A DNA stretch of 54,399 bases from a virus. Lineage: Duplodnaviria; Caudoviricetes. The stretch lies in IMG/VR virus record IMGVR_UViG_3300043294_000079, positions 1 to 54,399 of that record; one strand, 5' to 3'. A program made the position numbers and the translations under genes. The first letter of the stretch is position 1. Every line of letters begins with the position of its first letter. This document shows positions 47,850-54,399 of this stretch, piece by piece. Below the pieces are notes generated by a model. The model ran no database searches and was not told the DNA's origin. It saw only the letters and a program-made list of their open reading frames with translations.

Positions 47850-48674
47850 TCACCCTCCTAGTTGTTGAAGATCGGCCGAGAGCTGGGCGATGTTCAGCCC
47901 GCTCGGCCCCTTGCCAGCTTCGATCGTCTGCGCCGAGATGAGCGCGAAGCACTCATCCATCGCGTTCACGAGGAAGTCGTCGTTCATCGCGATCAACGCT
48001 CCCCAGGTGACGCCCCACCAAAGCTTCTGTGCTGTGGTGTAGCCCGTGAGAGTGATGCAGTGGCCTCCGAGCACCTCAGAGCCGGGCACCCAGCGCCACT
48101 CGTGGGGGAACTGGGCCTCCTGCGCGGCCTGGACCTGGATGCCGATGACGAGGCCACCCGAGAGGTAGAGGCCGTTGCGCACGTCATCGAGGTTCGTGTA
48201 GTCCACCGGCGCGAACAATCCCGGCTTGGCCCCAAACAAGCCGCCCTGCTGCCAGGTCTGAAGCGTCGTCGCGATGTCGAGGCCGTTGTCGTAATCGTTC
48301 GGGTCGGTGAACAACTGCTCTGTAGTGCAGCCCCCGAGCTGGCAGTAAGTCTCAACGCACTGGTCGGCGCTCGGGATCGGGAACTTGTTGCCGTAGCCCT
48401 CCCAGTCGGCGATCGTGAGCGAGTGCGCCATCCCGCAGACCACACAATCCCCACAGCCGCCCCAGCCCGCAGGTACGCCGGAGAGGGTCACTGAAGGATC
48501 AGGTCCGTTGGCGTCCATCTGCCAAGGCACGGAAACACGACCGCCGTAATGCGCTTGTGGTGGTGGCGGGGCGAGGGCCTCAGTGAAGTACGTCTTGAAG
48601 TCGCCCATCGCCAATCGGCGCGGCTCTTTCTTTCCGAGCTTGAACCCTAAGCGTGGAGTGGTGGGAACCGTCAT
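47850..48674 (-). CDS. Papain-like cysteine peptidase (second lysin candidate)
   Basis: GDCVVCG catalytic Cys, DNG, GGHCITLTGY, TWG; start moved to ATG 48674. Confidence 0.7.
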   Translation of the reverse strand: MTVPTTPRLGFKLGKKEPRRLAMGDFKTYFTEALAPPPPQAHYGGRVSVPWQMDANGPDPSVTLSGVPAGWGGCGDCVVCGMAHSLTIADWEGYGNKFPIPSADQCVETYCQLGGCTTEQLFTDPNDYDNGLDIATTLQTWQQGGLFGAKPGLFAPVDYTNLDDVRNGLYLSGGLVIGIQVQAAQEAQFPHEWRWVPGSEVLGGHCITLTGYTTAQKLWWGVTWGALIAMNDDFLVNAMDECFALISAQTIEAGKGPSGLNIAQLSADLQQLGG

Positions 48675-50278
48675 GACTTCTCCTTTTTCTTCGGCGCTGC
48701 CCTGGCCGACTCGATGTGGGCGTGCAGCTCGCGCATGTGGCTCTCGAACAGATCGGCCATCTTCTGATGGTGGCCTTCGAGGTGCCCGACGATCTTGCGG
48801 TCGAACCATCCCTCGAACGCATGGCGCATCCGCGGCCAGAGCAGGGACATCACGGCAGCGACGACAATGCCGGCTGAGATGTTCCCGATCCACGTCCACA
48901 CCGACCAGGTGAAGGCCATGAAGTGCCGAAAGTCGTCCGCCCAATGCACGAGGTCGTGGATGAACCAGAGCCAGCTCACGCGTGCTGCCTGAACCTGGTC
49001 CTGTTGGCGAGCCATTCCTCTGCCATGTCCCCGAGGATGGTCCCGAGCACGGCAGCTGCTCCGAGAGCGAGGAGGATCATCGCCGACATGAAGCCCACGC
49101 CGTAGTGGTAGATGCTGGCCCCGCCAACGCCCACGGCAAAGGCGCTCCCCTCGTCGTGGCCCACCTCGGACACGCTGGCGACCATCCGGCGCCGCCACTT
49201 GCCCCAGCCTTCGTTAGACAGGGCGTCTATCTTGATGGCCTCGCAGATGTCCATGAACAGCATGGAGACAAAGACGATCAGAGGGATTAGCACTGGTCCG
49301 TCCCCGTCACGACGGCATGAGTAGCCCTGGTGAGCGCCGTGTTCTCCGCCACGTCGACCTTGACCGCCCGCGTCGCTTTGAGGGACTTGAGGGACACGAC
49401 CGCCGTGAGGATGGTCCCGATGCCGATCAGCATCGTGCCGATACCCACGAGATAGTCGTTCACCTCTACCTCAGATCACCCCGAGGATGAGCAGAATTAC
49501 GACCACGACGAGGGCGACAAGCGCCCAATAGAGCAGGTCGCGGTTCATGCCGGCGGTGCGACTGTCGTGGTGACCGTCCTAACGACCGCCGGTCTCTGCT
49601 GCTTGGCGATGAAAACGTCGATTGCGGGAGCGAAGAACAGGGCGAAGAAGCCCGCGAGCAGCCCACTGGCGAGCCAGACGGTGACGCCCTCGCCGAGGCA
49701 CTGGCCCGTTGCTTCCAGTGAGGCGATGAGCATTAGGACGAACGTGACGGCGGTTGCAATTCTGAATAGCCAGTTGAACATGGTGCTTCCTTTCAGTGGT
49801 GGACCACGATCGCGATGATGACGGTAGCTACATTTGCGAGAACCAGACAGACCCCGAACGCAACCCCCGCCGCCATGCTGACGCCCGCACTACGGCCCTT
49901 ACCCGTGGCCGTGACGTCTTCGATCTTGTTGACCCGCTGGTCAAGAGCGGACACCATGAGGGCGACTTCCTCTTTCCCCATGAACCTCGCTTCACGGTCG
50001 TTCATCGAGCCCCGCCACTCGTTTGCAGCCTGCTGCCACTCTCGGGTGTTCTTCTCGGCCTTGTCCACGGCCAGCCCAGAAGATGCAAGGGCCGAGGCAA
50101 CTGCCTTGTCCTGAGCCTCGGCCCGCTCCTCGTAGCGTCTGTCCCGCTCGAAGAACAGCAGAGTCATCTCCCGTCGGACACCTTCAATAGCATCAAACAC
50201 GTGAGCGCGTACTTCAGCGGTCCAGCCGTTGCGCTGGGGCGATGGCAGTTCGTTATATCCAGTTGCAGGGGATGCCAT
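48671..50278 (-). other. Cluster of small membrane proteins in the lysis cassette (48671-48979, 48976-49293, 49287-49463, ~49470-49548, 49545-49781, 49793-50278)
   Basis: Each has one or more TM segments; lies between the two hydrolases. Confidence 0.6.
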
Positions 50279-50319
50279 TTGGGTCCTCGCTCCCTAGTCA
50301 GACGTTGAACAGCTTGGCG

Positions 50320-51102
50320 TCATGATGCAAACAGCGCTTTCACGAGCGCCGCCGAGCAGGGAATCTCCGGGACGCCCTTTGCCAGGAACGCCGAGTAGTC
50401 CGCCTGCGGCAGGTAGACCGGTGTGGACTTGGCGCCGATGAGGTAGTGGCACTTGTCGGCGGGATTGAGCAAGAGGAACATGGTTGGTGCCGTCCTTGGT
50501 TTCGGTGGTGCGGGTGGATCGAGGGTGAACAGACCAGCGGCGTTCCACCCGCCGAAGTCGGCGGTCTGGATCGAATCGACATCGACGCTCACCGAACCGA
50601 CGTTCGTGCCCGGCGAGACGCTCTGGACGATGTTGGCCTCTGGGTACGGCGGGGGGGTCCCGTCTGGCGCATGGCAGAAGTAGCGATAGCCGTAGCCCTT
50701 GACCAGGTGCCACACCGAGGTCTGACCGTAGAAGCCGGCGACGCGGCCACGGGCTGTGAGTGTCTCCGCTGCAGCTCGGAAGTAAGCCTCCGTCGTCGCC
50801 CAGTCGGGGACCATCTCGTCGTTCGGTAGGTAGATCGGCGCGCCGAGCGGTTGCCCAACGTCGTCCGCGTCAAGCGCCGCGGCGGTAGCGTCAGCCACAC
50901 CTTGAGCAGCGCCGCCCATCGGATCGTTGGCCCATCGCTCCCAGAACGAGAACAGTCCGAGGTCCAGCGTGGCGGCTTCTTGTGCCAACGCCCTGGTGAT
51001 GATGCTGCCGAGGTATGAACCGACCGCCCGAGCACCAGCCTTCTTTGCGAGGTTGAGGTCGATAAAGCCCGCTGTATCGAATGCTTTAGCTGGTAGCGTC
51101 AT
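50320..51102 (-). CDS. Endolysin, DUF1906/GH25-like glycoside hydrolase
   Basis: AFDTA, GAAQGVADATAA, PLGAPIYL..D, AGFYG, VDVD motifs. Confidence 0.8.
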   Translation of the reverse strand: MTLPAKAFDTAGFIDLNLAKKAGARAVGSYLGSIITRALAQEAATLDLGLFSFWERWANDPMGGAAQGVADATAAALDADDVGQPLGAPIYLPNDEMVPDWATTEAYFRAAAETLTARGRVAGFYGQTSVWHLVKGYGYRYFCHAPDGTPPPYPEANIVQSVSPGTNVGSVSVDVDSIQTADFGGWNAAGLFTLDPPAPPKPRTAPTMFLLLNPADKCHYLIGAKSTPVYLPQADYSAFLAKGVPEIPCSAALVKALFAS

Positions 51103-51377
51103 TCGTGCTCCCTTCGTCTCTCGAACACAACCAACAGCCGATCGTCCGATCCTGCGGACCAGCTATGAAGGTGCCACTCGCTGCCGAACATCTCTTTCAG
51201 CAGGGCGGCCAGTTCCTTGGTGCCGTTGACCTCGACGACCTTTGTCCACTCCACGGTTTGTTCACTGATCTCCCATCGTGCCCATCGAGGTCCTCGCCGC
51301 AGGGAACCCGGAGACGAAGGTCCCCGACGGCGAGGATTCTCGCTTCGCGCGGGAGCACGCCGGCGCGGCCACGAGAT

Positions 51378-51697
51378 TTAGTAGATGGTCACCGGCCCGA
51401 TGGGCAGGATGATCGTCTCCGGCGAGGCCGCGATCTTGACGAAGGCGTCATAATCGCCAGCGCTGAGGGTCACCTGGCCGTTGAGGCTCCCGGGCCCGAC
51501 GAGGATGCGCGCGGTGAAGCCCGCCCCGGTCTCGTCCCATGACCCGAGAGTCCACGTCGTCTCGGCTGTCGGCACGGCGTCATGTGCCAGGAAGGCGAAG
51601 GACACAGGGAAGGCCGACGGGTTCACAACGGTGCCATCCGGCAGCGTGCAGGTGACATCCGTCCTGGTGTAGGGGCACGAAGCCGCCGAGATCCTGG

Positions 51698-51701
<4 letters not shown>
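51378..51701 (-). CDS. Small Ig/BppU-like virion protein
   Basis: ARILVGP...LSAGDYDAFVKI..SPET pattern; follows the fibre gene. Confidence 0.55.
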
Positions 51702-53905
<2,204 letters not shown>

Positions 53906-53909
53906 AGCA

Positions 53910-54399
53910 CTACCACCGGAGCGTCCCCGACGTGCCGTTCATCGCCATCGCTGCCGCGGGCACGCCGCCGACGTTCGGGTTGACCGTGATGTGGGGATCG
54001 ACCCCGCTCGCCGCCATACCCTGCGTGATGATTCGAAGGGCTGCACCGGTCATCACCTGGAGCAGGAAGTCACTGATGACGTTGCTGGTCTGCACAGCCC
54101 AGTAGGTAGCGTTCGGCGGGGACTCACCGACGCAGATCGGAACCGGAGGGGTATTCGTATCATCACTGTTGGTGCCCACGCAGACATACTGGACATAGTT
54201 CACGATGCAGGTCTGCCCGACGTAATAGTCCGTGGAAGCGGACCAGGCTTGCGAGGCGAAGTTGGCGAGCAGGTCGGGAAACACGAAGTCGTTGACGACC
54301 CCGTTGGCGAACGTTACGACGAAGTACAGGCTGCCAGTGGGGTAAGAACCCGCCAACGTCCGGCCGACCTTCGTGATCGTGTAGCCGAGGGAACTCACG
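53910..54399 (-). CDS. C-terminal part of the LamG virion protein with a CBM-like module
   Basis: WSASTDYYVGQTC..NYVQYVC...PPNATYW; in frame with 1..764 across the ends. Confidence 0.65.
   Translation of the reverse strand, partial: VSSLGYTITKVGRTLAGSYPTGSLYFVVTFANGVVNDFVFPDLLANFASQAWSASTDYYVGQTCIVNYVQYVCVGTNSDDTNTPPVPICVGESPPNATYWAVQTSNVISDFLLQVMTGAALRIITQGMAASGVDPHITVNPNVGGVPAAAMAMNGTSGTLRW

Overview
The window looks like a complete, circularly permuted ~54.4 kb temperate tailed phage of a high-GC actinobacterial host (host is my inference). The ORF running off position 1 continues in frame into the ORF at the far end. Almost all genes are on the minus strand: terminase, portal, head (Mu-F-like protein, protease/scaffold, MCP), neck, sheath/tube tail, a frameshifting tail chaperone, tape measure, LysM/hub/OB-spike, several fibre or depolymerase genes, a lysis cassette, and an early region with a recombination pair, a replication initiator, three DNA methyltransferases, HNHs, an Rpf-like enzyme and many small ORFs. 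A repressor/integrase operon is on the plus strand. The most notable element is a compact module at 25772-27507: a stand-alone RAMP/Cas7-like gene, a ParB-HTH gene and a non-coding array of three units. Each unit is a conserved 18-nt leader plus (GGC-NN)7-12 pentamers, and the array ends in a 24-bp G.U-rich hairpin. This suggests a non-CRISPR RNA-guided system in which the variable dinucleotides carry the guide information. Other highlights: a 127-nt tRNA mimic with an expanded anticodon arm, a dual-frame C5 methyltransferase, an immunity switch resembling integration-dependent immunity, and a contractile tail with no recognisable wedge genes. All calls come from reading motifs by eye; no database searches were run.
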